From an uncultured bacterium (lineage in GTDB: Bacteria > Chloroflexota > UBA5177 > JANWHV01), in the NCBI GenBank assembly GCA_963729625.1, contig CAVSOU010000010.1:1280001-1344000 (forward strand): 64,000 nt of DNA, given 5' to 3'. Position numbers and translations under genes: made by a program. Every line of letters starts with the position of its first letter. Within the stretch, counting starts at the first letter, position 1. Shown here one piece after another: positions 50,842-61,472 of the stretch. The notes under the pieces were generated by a model. It saw only the letters and a list, made by a program, of their open reading frames with translations. It did no database searches and had not been told where the DNA came from.

Positions 50842-53800
50842 ATGATTCGCTGGTTCCATCTGTGCGCGGCGCTACTGCTGATAGCGGCGCCGATGTCCGC
50901 TCCGATCCGCGGCGCGCGTGCCGCAGGCGCCGCAGCGCGACCGTACCTCTACGGCTCTGTACGTTCGAAGCCATCGCCCCCGTCGCTGCGGTTGAGCGTC
51001 CAGCCGCCACAGGTCAAGGTCGGACGCGACGTGCTGCTCGCGATCCACGTATCCAACACAGCGGGAAAGGCGGTCTCAGGGGCGCTCGTGACGATCACCG
51101 GCGTCAACAGGCCGGCAGTCGGCAGTACGCGTGGCGGCATTGTTTCCCTGGTCGTGCATGCTGGAACAGTAGGAAGTGCGCTGGTGCAGGTGAGTCACGC
51201 CGGCTACACCCCGCTTACCGCCCGCCTACCAATAGTATCGGGACCGCCTGCGACAGTGGCCGCGGTCAAGGCAGGGATCAGTGTGCTGGCGCCCAAAGCC
51301 AAGCCGGTGCTCGGAAGGGTCGGTACCGACCTTCTGGATCAGTACCATGCTTTGACCGGATCGGGTCAATACGCCTCCATTGCGCTGCGCGATGGATCGC
51401 TGGTCGACCTGAGCACCAATACCGACGTCGCGATCAAAGACCCGCTGCATATGACGCTCACAGGCGGCGAGCTGTTTCTGGAAGTTGTCCATGGAGCGGC
51501 TAGCCATAACATACAAGTAGGCACGGCGGTGGCCTCCACAAAGGGCACAAGGCTTGACGTCCGCGTGGACCGCAAGACCAAAGCCATCGTGGTCACTGTG
51601 ATCGAGGGAAAAGTTCAGGTAAGCAACCGGAAATCTACGGTGCTGATCGGAGCCGGACGCCAGACTGTTGTACCGCGCAACGGGCCACCGGGTCCGCCGA
51701 AACCGGCAAATCTGAGCGCTATCTTGTCCTGGATCAAGAAGCTTCCAAACACGACGGCTGCCACCGTTCCACCTGTTCTCAACGTACCGAACCCGCCACC
51801 CGCACGTGTGACGCTGCCGCCCACCCGCCTGCCGCCTACGATGACCGCGACAAATCCGGCACAGGCTACCTGGTCCGGAGTCGTCTCGGTCCCGGGCAAT
51901 ATCGACGTGCCCGCGGGCTCCAGCCTTACCATTCAACCTGGAACCGTGGTGCAAATCGCCGGCAACGCCGGGCTGAATGTGCAGGGCACGCTGCTGGCGC
52001 AGGGTACAGCTGCGAAACCGATCATCTTCACCAGCGCTGCGGACCGGCCGAAGCCAGGCGACTGGCAGTACATTTCCCTCGACCAACCGAGTGCAAGTGG
52101 TAGCCGTCTGGATTACGTGCAGATGTTCTACGGCAGCTGGACCGGCGGAGACGACGGCATGCTCTCGGTCACCGGCGGCGCAGCTCCAATGATCAGCAAC
52201 AGTGTCTTTGCCCAGGCGACTCAAATCGGAGTGTGGTCGGACGACAACAGCCGCCCCACCATCAGCGACTGCGTTTTCGCGGGCGACGGCGCAGCCGCCA
52301 TATCGGTGTCCGCCGAAGGCGCCGGTCTCATTAGCGGTACCCGACTCGGCCAGGGCCAGCGCGGAATCGAGATTCGTGACACGGCAGTCACGCACGACAC
52401 CGTGTGGCACCGGCAGGACGCGCCCATTGTGCTCGATGGCGCTACGGTTAATGCCGGTGCTGCTCTGACTATCGAGCCCGGCTCGGTTATTCGCATGGCG
52501 CAAGGCGCCGCATTGCACGACCAGGGCACGCTTCTGGCACAGGGTACGGCCGCGGCGCCAATCATCGTAACGAGTAATGCCGCCAACCCGGCACCGGGTG
52601 ACTGGCAGTATGTCGCCATCGACGGGCCCGCCGCGAGCGGCAGCCGGATGGACTACGTGCAGATGTTCTATGGCAGCTGGAAAGGCAGCGACATCGGCAT
52701 GCTGTCGGTCACCGGAGGCGCTACGCCGGGAATCGGCAACAGCGTGTTCGCGCAGGCCACGCGACACGGCGTGTGGGCCGACGATAGCAGCAGACCCACG
52801 CTCAGCAACTGCATATTTGCCGGCGACGCGTCGTCCGCGATCTTGGTGCCTGCCGACGACGGGACCCTGGTCACCGGCACGACGCTTGGACCCGGCCAGT
52901 CTGGGATCGAGTTGCGGGGCACGGCAATTACGCATGGAGGCACATGGCATCGTCAGAGCGCTCCGTACATCCTTGACGGCGGCGTTCTGGACGCCAACGT
53001 GAGCCTGACCGTCGAGCCCGGAACGCTGCTGGAAATGGCCAGCGGAGCTGCATTCCTCGTGCAGGGAACGCTCATGGCCCAGGGCACGACCGCAGCACCG
53101 ATCATCGTAACGAGCAGTTCCGGCAGCCCGGCGCCGGGTAACTGGCAGTATTTCGCCATCGACGGACCGGCCGCGAGCGGCAGCCGGATGGACTACGTGC
53201 AGATGTTCTACGGCAGTTGGAACGGCCGCGACCACGGCATGCTGTCGATCACTGGAGGCGCTGCGCCGGAAATCGGCCACAGCGTGTTCGCGCAGGCCAC
53301 CCGGAACGGCCTTTGGGCCGACGATACCAGCAGACCCACGCTCAGCAACTGCATATTTGCCGGCGACGCGTCGTCTGCAGTCTCGGTGCCGGCCGACGAC
53401 GGCACCGCGATCGGCGGCACGGCACTGACAGCAGGACAGCGTGGGATTGAGCTACGTGATACGGCCATCACTCATGATGGGACGTGGAGCGCGCAGGCGG
53501 CGCCGTTTATTCTGGACGGTGGCGTGCTGTCCACAGGGGTGACCGTGACAGTTGAGCCGGGCGTCTTCGTCCAGATGGCAGACGGAGCGGCATTCCGCAT
53601 CCAGGGCAGCTTGATCGCGGTCGGTACGGCCGCGAACCCGATTGTGATCACGAGTGTGAATGCGACCCCGGCGCCCGGAATGTGGAAATACATCGCCATC
53701 GAAGGCGCGGGTGCAGACGGCACGCGGCTCAACTATGTGCAGATATATTACGGAAGCCGGAACCGTGGCGACAACGGCATGCTCTCTATAACTGGAGGTG

Positions 53801-54003
53801 CCAGCCCGAGTATCCAGAACAGCCTTTTCGCGCAGGCGAGTGCGGTCGGGATCTGGGCGGACGACTTGAGCAGGCCGGCAGTAGCCTTGTGCACCTTTCA
53901 GCAGCTTGGCGGACCCGCGATGTCCATTCCAAAAGCGGACGCCGCACGCGTGCATGACAATCGCGTCGCTGCCGGCGTTCAGCCCATCGAGATCAGGGGC
54001 TAG
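50842..54003 (+). CDS. Secreted Ig-like + FecR + four 180-aa beta-helix repeats (~1053 aa), paralogue B
   Basis: GGAGG RBS, ATG 50842 and signal peptide. Collinear with paralogue A. Exact 540-bp period (52057, 52597, 53137, 53677). Confidence 0.87.
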   Translation: MIRWFHLCAALLLIAAPMSAPIRGARAAGAAARPYLYGSVRSKPSPPSLRLSVQPPQVKVGRDVLLAIHVSNTAGKAVSGALVTITGVNRPAVGSTRGGIVSLVVHAGTVGSALVQVSHAGYTPLTARLPIVSGPPATVAAVKAGISVLAPKAKPVLGRVGTDLLDQYHALTGSGQYASIALRDGSLVDLSTNTDVAIKDPLHMTLTGGELFLEVVHGAASHNIQVGTAVASTKGTRLDVRVDRKTKAIVVTVIEGKVQVSNRKSTVLIGAGRQTVVPRNGPPGPPKPANLSAILSWIKKLPNTTAATVPPVLNVPNPPPARVTLPPTRLPPTMTATNPAQATWSGVVSVPGNIDVPAGSSLTIQPGTVVQIAGNAGLNVQGTLLAQGTAAKPIIFTSAADRPKPGDWQYISLDQPSASGSRLDYVQMFYGSWTGGDDGMLSVTGGAAPMISNSVFAQATQIGVWSDDNSRPTISDCVFAGDGAAAISVSAEGAGLISGTRLGQGQRGIEIRDTAVTHDTVWHRQDAPIVLDGATVNAGAALTIEPGSVIRMAQGAALHDQGTLLAQGTAAAPIIVTSNAANPAPGDWQYVAIDGPAASGSRMDYVQMFYGSWKGSDIGMLSVTGGATPGIGNSVFAQATRHGVWADDSSRPTLSNCIFAGDASSAILVPADDGTLVTGTTLGPGQSGIELRGTAITHGGTWHRQSAPYILDGGVLDANVSLTVEPGTLLEMASGAAFLVQGTLMAQGTTAAPIIVTSSSGSPAPGNWQYFAIDGPAASGSRMDYVQMFYGSWNGRDHGMLSITGGAAPEIGHSVFAQATRNGLWADDTSRPTLSNCIFAGDASSAVSVPADDGTAIGGTALTAGQRGIELRDTAITHDGTWSAQAAPFILDGGVLSTGVTVTVEPGVFVQMADGAAFRIQGSLIAVGTAANPIVITSVNATPAPGMWKYIAIEGAGADGTRLNYVQIYYGSRNRGDNGMLSITGGASPSIQNSLFAQASAVGIWADDLSRPAVALCTFQQLGGPAMSIPKADAARVHDNRVAAGVQPIEIRG

Positions 54004-54284
54004 AGTGTTCCATCTTCCCGCGTCGGACTTTCACATCGCTCCGCTCGGCGCACGCATCCGTCGTGGCCGTCCTGATCAACCGTACCGCCGGAGCCCTTTT
54101 TCGAGTGCTTACCCTGTGAGCTCGCCTGCCTGGTGCAAAGTTCGCGTGGAGCGCCCGGCCAGAAGCGGTCAGTCGAGCGTGGTCGTCAGCGCATGGCCAA
54201 CGCCGCCGTGATGCCGGCCTTCGGCCCCGGTGGCATCGCGAAGGATGAGATCGAGTGGGCAGGGCACCGGCCTCATAGCGACCA

Positions 54285-55040
54285 CTACTGAAGGATGCGG
54301 TCGACCAGGCGATTGAACGTCGCGGTTACGGGCAGATCCGGATACTTCACGGTGAAAACGCCACCGCTGGCGAGGGTCATGATCTCATCCGAGTGCGGGA
54401 ACACGGCAGCCACTTCACTGCTATACGTTTCTTGCACGCGCATCCGAACCGACTCGGCATCGAGGCTGGGCGGACACTTGTTCACGACGAGCAACAGCAA
54501 CGGGACGCTTAGCTTGCGCGCCACTTGCACGGTCACCCCGGTACCCTGATAGTCCTGCAAGTCTGGTCGCAGCACGATCAGCAGCACGTCGGAAATGGCG
54601 ATGGACAGCAGTGTCTCCTCGTTGAGGCCAGGGTGCGTATCGATAATCAGCGTGTCCAGCTTCAAATCGCGTACCAGGGCGTTGAACCCGTCGTTTAGCA
54701 ATCCAACGTCGTATCCCTCGCGCAAGATGCGAGCAATGTTGTTTGCCTGCACGCTGGCCGGCACCAGGAAGACGCGGCCGGGCAAATCCCCGGCTACCGT
54801 GTTCGTTACGTCATATGCGGCGTCCTTGATCTCGCACTTGCCCCACAGATAGTCGTTGAGGACGGGGCCGGCCGGATCCTGCGACATGCCGAACAGCACG
54901 TGGATACCGGGCGACATGATATCTGTGTCAACGATGCCCACACGCTGTCCACGTACAGCCAACAATGCCGCCAGATTCGCCGACGTATTCGACTTCCCAG
55001 TGCCCCCGCGGTAGCTATGAACCGAAATAATACGCGCCAT
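54285..55040 (-). CDS. MinD/ParA family ATPase
   Basis: RGGTGKS deviant Walker A, VDTD, IIDTHPG, VVNK. Confidence 0.9.
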   Translation of the reverse strand: MARIISVHSYRGGTGKSNTSANLAALLAVRGQRVGIVDTDIMSPGIHVLFGMSQDPAGPVLNDYLWGKCEIKDAAYDVTNTVAGDLPGRVFLVPASVQANNIARILREGYDVGLLNDGFNALVRDLKLDTLIIDTHPGLNEETLLSIAISDVLLIVLRPDLQDYQGTGVTVQVARKLSVPLLLLVVNKCPPSLDAESVRMRVQETYSSEVAAVFPHSDEIMTLASGGVFTVKYPDLPVTATFNRLVDRILQ

Positions 55041-55070
55041 ATGTATTCCTCTCTTCGTGCAGTCCGGGTG

Positions 55071-55499
55071 CTATGCAGACGACTTTGGACGATGCACGAC
55101 GACAATGTTCCGGTTTCCCTCCGCGGTCCGCTCGTAGCGGAGCTCATCGGTGCCGCGAAGGGCCAGGAACACCCCGAGACCACCGATCTCACGCTCTTCC
55201 AAGGGCCGGTCCAAGTCGTCGGGCGACTGTGCTTCATGCGGGTCGAAAGGCTCAGCCTTGTCCTCGAGGCAGAGGCGCAACTCCGCCTCGTCAAGTTCCG
55301 CCCACATAGCGATCGGCCCTTGTCGGTTCGCCCCGGCATAGCCGTGTACGACAATGTTCGTGGCAATCTCGTCAACCGCAAGGCGCAATTGATATGAAGC
55401 CTTCCTGTCCAAACCGGCATCAGCCGCTGCGCGCAGCACGAACTGGCCGATATCCGCCAGCGATTCCAGGGTGCCAGGGACGGTCAGACGGTCCACCAT
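55071..55499 (-). CDS. RsbW-like anti-sigma factor / Ser kinase (HATPase)
   Basis: LAVDEIATNIVVHGY, D...PFDP, GGLG. Confidence 0.9.
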   Translation of the reverse strand: MVDRLTVPGTLESLADIGQFVLRAAADAGLDRKASYQLRLAVDEIATNIVVHGYAGANRQGPIAMWAELDEAELRLCLEDKAEPFDPHEAQSPDDLDRPLEEREIGGLGVFLALRGTDELRYERTAEGNRNIVVVHRPKSSA

Positions 55500-55561
55500 T
55501 CTCTCCTTTGAAACCTGTTGTCTCTAGTCGCTGCCCGATCGGTCAGCGCCAGCACGCAACT

Positions 55562-56488
55562 TCAAGTGATTGCGAACGGTTCTTCCGTCGTCGACCGGCG
55601 CACTGCCAGCATCGTGATGTCGTCGAACTGCACCGCGGTGCCGATATGCGCGGTTAGATGAGCATGGACGCTCGACACCAGCTCTTTCGCCGAAGCCGGC
55701 ATCGGACTGTTGATGATCGATCGCAGTCTCGCTTCGGTGAAAAACGCGCCTGTGACATCTCGCGCCTCTGGCACACCATCGGTGAAGGCCAGCAACATGT
55801 CTCCAGGCGCAAATGTGACCTGCTGGATCGCAAAATCCACGTCCGGGACCATGCCGACTGCGGGTCCCGTTGGCGTAAGGCGCTGCTTCACGCCCGACTC
55901 GTTGAACAACCAGGGCGGGCAATGGCCGCCATTGATGTACGTCAGCACGCCGGACCCAGGGTCTAGCACGCCGAAGAACATGGTGGCAAACATGCTTGTG
56001 TCGCCATGATTCGTGATAATGTAGTTGTTGGTCAGCGTCATGGCGTTCTTCAGTGCGGTCGTGCCTGTGGAGGGGATGCCGCGGCGCCTGTCCGCGACCG
56101 GGCTACTGAGGAAGTCCGACTCTTCGTCGCCCATCCAGCGCAGCGAATAGTGCTGCTGAGCAAAGGCGCGAATGAGGCTGCGGAAAAGTGCCATAAACAG
56201 CGCCGCCCCTACCCCCTTGTCGCACACGTCGGCAATCACCAGGCCGAGCCGCCGGCCCTGGTTGAGCGGAAACGCATCGTAGAAATCGCCCGCTACCTCG
56301 CGCGCCGGCTCGAACTCCGCGGCAAGCTCCCAGCCCGGCACCTGCGGCAGCGTCTTGGGCAGAAAGCTGAGCTGAATATCGCGCCCGATCTGTATGTCAC
56401 GCTCGAGCTTGAGCAGCACCTCCTCGCGCTTGGCGTTGGCTGTGCTCTGCTGCCCAGCATCATCCTCTATCATGCAGTGGTTCTCCAT
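55562..56488 (-). CDS. PP2C/SpoIIE (RsbU/IcfG-like) phosphatase without sensor domain
   Basis: EVAGDFYD, IADVCDKGVGAALFM, NGGH, FTDGV, DDITML. Confidence 0.92.
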   Translation of the reverse strand: MENHCMIEDDAGQQSTANAKREEVLLKLERDIQIGRDIQLSFLPKTLPQVPGWELAAEFEPAREVAGDFYDAFPLNQGRRLGLVIADVCDKGVGAALFMALFRSLIRAFAQQHYSLRWMGDEESDFLSSPVADRRRGIPSTGTTALKNAMTLTNNYIITNHGDTSMFATMFFGVLDPGSGVLTYINGGHCPPWLFNESGVKQRLTPTGPAVGMVPDVDFAIQQVTFAPGDMLLAFTDGVPEARDVTGAFFTEARLRSIINSPMPASAKELVSSVHAHLTAHIGTAVQFDDITMLAVRRSTTEEPFAIT

Positions 56489-56512
56489 CCCTGAGCTTGT
56501 GTTCGGACAGGC

Positions 56513-56827
56513 TCAGTAGGTGTCGACAATGGAGACACTGTGCTGGAAGCCTGTCATCTCCAGCGTGTCCCTCACGCCGTCTTGCAGGCCCACGAGCACG
56601 ACTTCCACCGAGCCACCCATCTTTTGCTTTGCAAAGATCAAGCCGCGCAAACCGGCGCTGGCCATGTATGACAGGCCGGACATAAAGATGACCAGCTTGC
56701 TCACGTGCGCGCCGGCCGCTTCCTCGACCTTCTCCCGAAACGCGGGAGCTACGCTAGCGTCAAGCTCGCCTTCCAAGGTGATCCGTGCTTCGTCCCCTTC
56801 GATCGTGAGCGTTGCATTGAAGGCCAT
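56513..56827 (-). CDS. STAS anti-sigma factor antagonist
   Basis: LEGELDAS, YMASAGLR, LEMTGF. Confidence 0.9.
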   Translation of the reverse strand: MAFNATLTIEGDEARITLEGELDASVAPAFREKVEEAAGAHVSKLVIFMSGLSYMASAGLRGLIFAKQKMGGSVEVVLVGLQDGVRDTLEMTGFQHSVSIVDTY

Positions 56828-56869
56828 GTCCTGCTCCATTCCACATGCGAGCGCAGTCAATTGAGCTGA

Positions 56870-58996
56870 CTAGCGCCCAACCAAGATACAAACCGAGCGA
56901 TCGCTAAGGACCATAGCGTGCTGGTCGCTCAGCACGGGCTCGGCGCCAAGCTCCCAAACGTCATCGGGTGCAGCCACGCCGGTGTTGGCGAATACGTGCC
57001 AGGCACAGCCTTCGGGCAGTCCCGGCAACTCGAACACGTGGGATTCCCAGTGCATGTTCATTGCCACGTAGACAAAGTCATCCCGTTCGGTGCCGCCTCG
57101 CGCGTGATGTCCATCCAAGAGAAAGGCCAGCGTGCGACTCGTGCCGGACCAATCCGCGTTCCACGCCTGGGTGCCATGCCAGGTGATGTCGGAATAGCCG
57201 CTGCCTACGTAGTCGCGGTTGGAGAAGTGGTACTGGTTGCGCAGCACGGAATGTGCATGGCGGAAGTGGATGCAGGCTCGGCAGAAACGGAGGAGGCCCG
57301 CGTTGCTTTCAACCTGGCGCCAGTCCAGCCAGCTCAACTCGGAGTCGTGGCAATAGGCATTGTTGTTGCCTTGTTGGCTCCGCCCGATCTCATCGCCCAT
57401 CAAGATCATCGGCACGCCCTGACTCGTCAACAGCATCGCCAGCGCGTTCTTGATCTGTTTCTGACGCAGGAAATTGATCCCGGGATCGTCCGTCCATCCT
57501 TCTGCGCCGCAGTTCCAACTGTGGTTATCGTCAGTGCCGTCGTTGTTGAACTCGCCGTTGGCAGAGTTGTGCTTTTCGTTGAACGAGACCAGATCGGCGA
57601 GTGTGAAACCGTCGTGGCAGGTGATGAAGTTGACGGAGGCCGCGGCACCGCGCCCAAGCGCCTCGTAGAGATCCGGCGACCCTTGCAGCCGCTGACCCAT
57701 GTCGCCTACCACACCCTCATCACCTTTGAGGAAACGGCGCAGCGTGTCCCGGTACTTGCCGTTCCACTCGGCCCAGCGACCGAAGGCCGGGAAGCTGCCC
57801 ACCTGGTACAGTCCGCCGGCATCCCAGGCTTCGGCGATGAGCTTGCACTTTGCCAGCACCGGGTCGTAGGCCAGGGTCTCCAGCAACGGCGGGTTGGAGA
57901 GCGGCGCGCCGTTCTGGTCCCGTCCCAGAATCGCCGCGAGGTCGAAGCGAAAGCCATCGATGTGATACTCTGAGGCCCAATAGCGAAGGCAATCAAGAAC
58001 CATGTTGCGCACAATGGGATTGTTGCAATTGAGCGTGTTGCCCGTGCCACTGAAATTGAAGTAGTAGCCTTCGGGCGTCAGCATGTAGTAGGTCTTGTTG
58101 TCGATGCCTCGGAACGAGATGGTCGGACCGCGCTCGTTGCCCTCGGCAGTATGGTTGAACACCACGTCGAGGAACACTTCGATACCGGCGCGGTGGAGAT
58201 CTTTGATAAGCGCCTTCACCTCATCGACTTGCATCCCCAGCTTGCCGGTGGCCGCGTAGCCCGACTTAGGCGCGAAGAAGCCCACGGTGCTGTAGCCCCA
58301 AAAATTGTAAAGCGTCTCCCCTGTCTCCGGCAGCACGCGGCTGCCCTCAAACTCGTCGAACTCATAGATGGGAAGCAGCTCCACACAATTGACCCCGAGC
58401 CCCTTCAGATAGGGGAGCTTCTCGCGGATGGCGGCAAACGTACCGGGGTGTTTGGCGCCCGACGACGGATGCTGCGTGAAGGCGCGTGCGTGCATTTCAT
58501 AGATCACGAGATCCTCGATAGGGATCTCCAAAGGGCGATCGGACTCCCAGTCAAAGTCGTCGTATACCGGCCGCGCACGATGAGGGTAGGCGTCGTTCCA
58601 GTCGGGCTGCTTGCCCCAATGGTCACGGCCCGCGATCGCCTTCGCGTAGGGATCCAACAGGATCTTGGTCGGGTCGAATCGATGGCCCTCGCTCGGCGCG
58701 TATGGCCCTTCCATGCGGTAGCCGTACTCGATAGACTCGGGGTCGAGGTCGAAGACGACCATGGCGAAGACATTGCCGATGCGGAAGGCATCGGGAACTG
58801 GAATCTCCACCAGTGGCTCCGCCGCCCCCTTCTGGAACAGCACGAGCGTGCAGGTTGTCGCGTGGCGCGAATAGATGGAAAAGTTGATCCCGCCCGGTAC
58901 GAGCGTGGCGCCAAAGGGGAAGGGCTTGCCAGGGCGGAGCCGGTAGCCCAGGTGCTCGTGGGTTGGATGGACGTCGATGCGCTCCATAACTGGCAT
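56870..58996 (-). CDS. glgX: Glycogen debranching enzyme / isoamylase (GH13)
   Basis: LLDPYAK, WGYSTVGFFAP, DVVFNHTAEG, DGFRFDLA, IAEAWD, TCHDGFTL, GNNNAYC. Confidence 0.95.
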   Translation of the reverse strand: MPVMERIDVHPTHEHLGYRLRPGKPFPFGATLVPGGINFSIYSRHATTCTLVLFQKGAAEPLVEIPVPDAFRIGNVFAMVVFDLDPESIEYGYRMEGPYAPSEGHRFDPTKILLDPYAKAIAGRDHWGKQPDWNDAYPHRARPVYDDFDWESDRPLEIPIEDLVIYEMHARAFTQHPSSGAKHPGTFAAIREKLPYLKGLGVNCVELLPIYEFDEFEGSRVLPETGETLYNFWGYSTVGFFAPKSGYAATGKLGMQVDEVKALIKDLHRAGIEVFLDVVFNHTAEGNERGPTISFRGIDNKTYYMLTPEGYYFNFSGTGNTLNCNNPIVRNMVLDCLRYWASEYHIDGFRFDLAAILGRDQNGAPLSNPPLLETLAYDPVLAKCKLIAEAWDAGGLYQVGSFPAFGRWAEWNGKYRDTLRRFLKGDEGVVGDMGQRLQGSPDLYEALGRGAAASVNFITCHDGFTLADLVSFNEKHNSANGEFNNDGTDDNHSWNCGAEGWTDDPGINFLRQKQIKNALAMLLTSQGVPMILMGDEIGRSQQGNNNAYCHDSELSWLDWRQVESNAGLLRFCRACIHFRHAHSVLRNQYHFSNRDYVGSGYSDITWHGTQAWNADWSGTSRTLAFLLDGHHARGGTERDDFVYVAMNMHWESHVFELPGLPEGCAWHVFANTGVAAPDDVWELGAEPVLSDQHAMVLSDRSVCILVGR

Positions 58997-59002
58997 GGCC
59001 GG

Positions 59003-59344
59003 TTACCCCTTTCCCAGCGATGCCAACGCCGCGGCCACGCTCGGGTACGTGGTGAAGAACTCGAGGAACCCGGTCGCGGCCATCGTGTCCTGCAGATCCT
59101 CCGACAAGCCTACCAGGTGCACTGAGCCGCCTTTGGCGGTGGCGGACCGGTGCGCGGACAGCAGCATCCTCAGGCCGGCACTCGACATATACGCGACTCC
59201 CGTCATGTCCAGAATCACGCCCACCCCGGCCACCAATTGCTCCAGGATCCGTGCCTGCGCCACCGGCGCCGTGCTCCCGTCGATGTCGCCTGCAAGCTCC
59301 ACGACGGTCGCACCGTCCACGCTCTTGACCAGAACCTCCATCAT
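59003..59344 (-). CDS. STAS anti-sigma factor antagonist
   Basis: LAGDIDG, YMSSAGLR, TGF. Confidence 0.9.
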   Translation of the reverse strand: MMEVLVKSVDGATVVELAGDIDGSTAPVAQARILEQLVAGVGVILDMTGVAYMSSAGLRMLLSAHRSATAKGGSVHLVGLSEDLQDTMAATGFLEFFTTYPSVAAALASLGKG

Positions 59345-59420
59345 TGCCCTCCAGGCCCATGCACTTGGGCTCCATCCACCTGGGTAGAGACCCGCATCAC
59401 TTGTGCGGCAGCGCTCCGGG

Positions 59421-61238
59421 CTACCGAGTAGGCGTCAGCTGTACCTTTACGCGCACCTGATCGCGCGTGTCCGGCAGGTGCACGGTCAGTGCCTCGGTAT
59501 CAAAGTCGGTGTACGGCTCGTCATCCACCCACACGGCGGTCAGCTTCACGCTGCCCGGCGGCAGGATATCGGGCGAGACGCGGAGCAAATGGCCGGGAAA
59601 CGCATCGGGTAACGGCTTGAAGTAGAGCTCCATGGGCGTCTTGGTGATCAGGAGATTGATGTAGACCGCCGAGAGGTAGCACAACTCCGATGCATGGTAG
59701 AAGCTCATGGAGTGGCTGCCCTTGTAGCGCTCCGTCCCCACCAGATAGGGGATTCCACTGGCCAGCACGTTGAAGTACACACCACCGTCGTCGTGGTCGA
59801 GATGGAAGGCGTTGTAGAACGCGGCGGCCTCACGTGCATGCTTGAGGTTCTCGTCGCCGCCGAATGTGCCTGATAGAATTTGGTAGCACAGGATTGCCTG
59901 CTCCTGCTGCCACCAAGCCTTTCGGTCGTGCCAGGAGAAGCGATGGTACTTCTCACCTGGGGCCAGCGTGCGCTCCACCATGTCGTACCAGCCGCCGCGC
60001 TGTGTGTCGGAGCCGACCGCCGGCATGACGCGCCCGATCTTCTGCGCCAGCTTGGCGTAGCGTTCATGTGGCTGCGCATTGAAGATGCGCGTAAGGTTCC
60101 AGGCTATCTTCAGGTTGTGCCCGACGACCGCACGATCCTGCTGGAAGCCCCAGGTCTTGTCGTGGCTCCAGTCCTCGTAGAACCGCTCCTGGACGAATGG
60201 GCTGTGCTCGTCATCGGGGAAGTACTGTTCGATGCAATCGGCGCAATACTCCAGCATCTTCGCGTAGCGCTCATCCCCCGTGGCGAGCCACAGGTTCACC
60301 AGGTACGCGGGCGCATGGTCGCCCACGGAATTCCAGTTCTTTTTGCCACGATTGCGTCCAAGCGTCTCGCTGCGCGGATCGAGCGTAATCGGGTCAATGT
60401 GCGAGAAGTAACCCTTTCCTTTGTCGTCACGGAAGAACCGGTCAAAGAGGTCCATAGTTGCAACGGCGTCCGCGTGAATCCGAGGATCGCCCGTAATCCT
60501 GTAGGTCTGAATCGGACCTGCCAACGCATATATCTGCTCGTAGGCCGGAATGGCATCGTAGTCATCGCCAAATTCGGACGCGAAGACTTTGTCCTCGCGC
60601 GTGCCATGCACGTCGATGCCGTGATACCAGTACACGATGTTCTCATCTCGGTCGACGAAGCGCATATGTTCGCGCAAGTATTCGGTGCCCTTCTCGGCGC
60701 CCTCCAGGTACTTGTCTTCACCGGTCAGCATGTAGCATGAAGCGAACCCGTACACCATGCGGGAGATGGTGTCTGTCTCCTGCCGGAAGTCATCTTTCTT
60801 CTTGCCGCCGGTCAAACTGATCATCGTGCGGTAGTTGCGATAGTCGATGGGCTCGTCGCCGAATTGCCAGCGCAGATAGCAGTCGCCCACTGAGGCGATT
60901 TGCTTGATCCACCAGTCCGGCTTTTCGAACAGGTACTCCGTAGGTGTGCGGCCGACAAAGATCAAGCGTTTCGCTTCGTAGGAAAGCGTCTCCTCCGGGT
61001 AGAAGCTGCCGTAGGCGAAGAGGAACCGCCCAGGCACCAGCATCCGATTGATCAGGCCGGTGGCATCGGCATAGGGCTCGTCGGCGTTGCGCAGCAGCTC
61101 CGCATAGGCACCGTCGCTGATCTTGACGGGGAACTCTCGGCCGTCGGACGTCTTCAAGCCAAACGTGCGCTGGGCCTCGTCGAATGTTGTGACGTAGCCA
61201 GCGATCGTATCCGAGAAGGTGAAGCTGACGCTATTCAT
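59421..61238 (-). CDS. AGE (N-acylglucosamine 2-epimerase)-family protein with N- and C-terminal extensions
   Basis: ISRMVYGF, WNSVGDH, VGHNLKIAW, KAWWQQEQ, YHASE. AAGGAG RBS. Confidence 0.85.
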   Translation of the reverse strand: MNSVSFTFSDTIAGYVTTFDEAQRTFGLKTSDGREFPVKISDGAYAELLRNADEPYADATGLINRMLVPGRFLFAYGSFYPEETLSYEAKRLIFVGRTPTEYLFEKPDWWIKQIASVGDCYLRWQFGDEPIDYRNYRTMISLTGGKKKDDFRQETDTISRMVYGFASCYMLTGEDKYLEGAEKGTEYLREHMRFVDRDENIVYWYHGIDVHGTREDKVFASEFGDDYDAIPAYEQIYALAGPIQTYRITGDPRIHADAVATMDLFDRFFRDDKGKGYFSHIDPITLDPRSETLGRNRGKKNWNSVGDHAPAYLVNLWLATGDERYAKMLEYCADCIEQYFPDDEHSPFVQERFYEDWSHDKTWGFQQDRAVVGHNLKIAWNLTRIFNAQPHERYAKLAQKIGRVMPAVGSDTQRGGWYDMVERTLAPGEKYHRFSWHDRKAWWQQEQAILCYQILSGTFGGDENLKHAREAAAFYNAFHLDHDDGGVYFNVLASGIPYLVGTERYKGSHSMSFYHASELCYLSAVYINLLITKTPMELYFKPLPDAFPGHLLRVSPDILPPGSVKLTAVWVDDEPYTDFDTEALTVHLPDTRDQVRVKVQLTPTR

Positions 61239-61359
61239 CCAGGCGATCTCCTTGCAGCTGAAACACTTACCGCAGATACCGCATGCATCGACAAGCGTGG
61301 AGGTTGAGCTCGCAGTCAACCCCACCGTCCACGAGCGGCAATAGATGGCTCAATTCTTC

Positions 61360-61368
61360 ACTATAGCA
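61360..61368 (-). promoter_or_regulatory. Possible extended -10 element for the AGE-glgX operon
   Basis: TG-C-TATAGT on the minus strand in an AT-rich patch ~120 nt upstream of ATG 61238. No good -35. Confidence 0.3.
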
Positions 61369-61472
61369 GGAATAATCTACAAAAGTTGGGCATTACAGGT
61401 CGCTCGTGCCGGTTGGCGCCATCGAGGCGGTCGTGCCAGCGGCAGTGGCAAACAGGGCGCGTCGGGCTCCCA

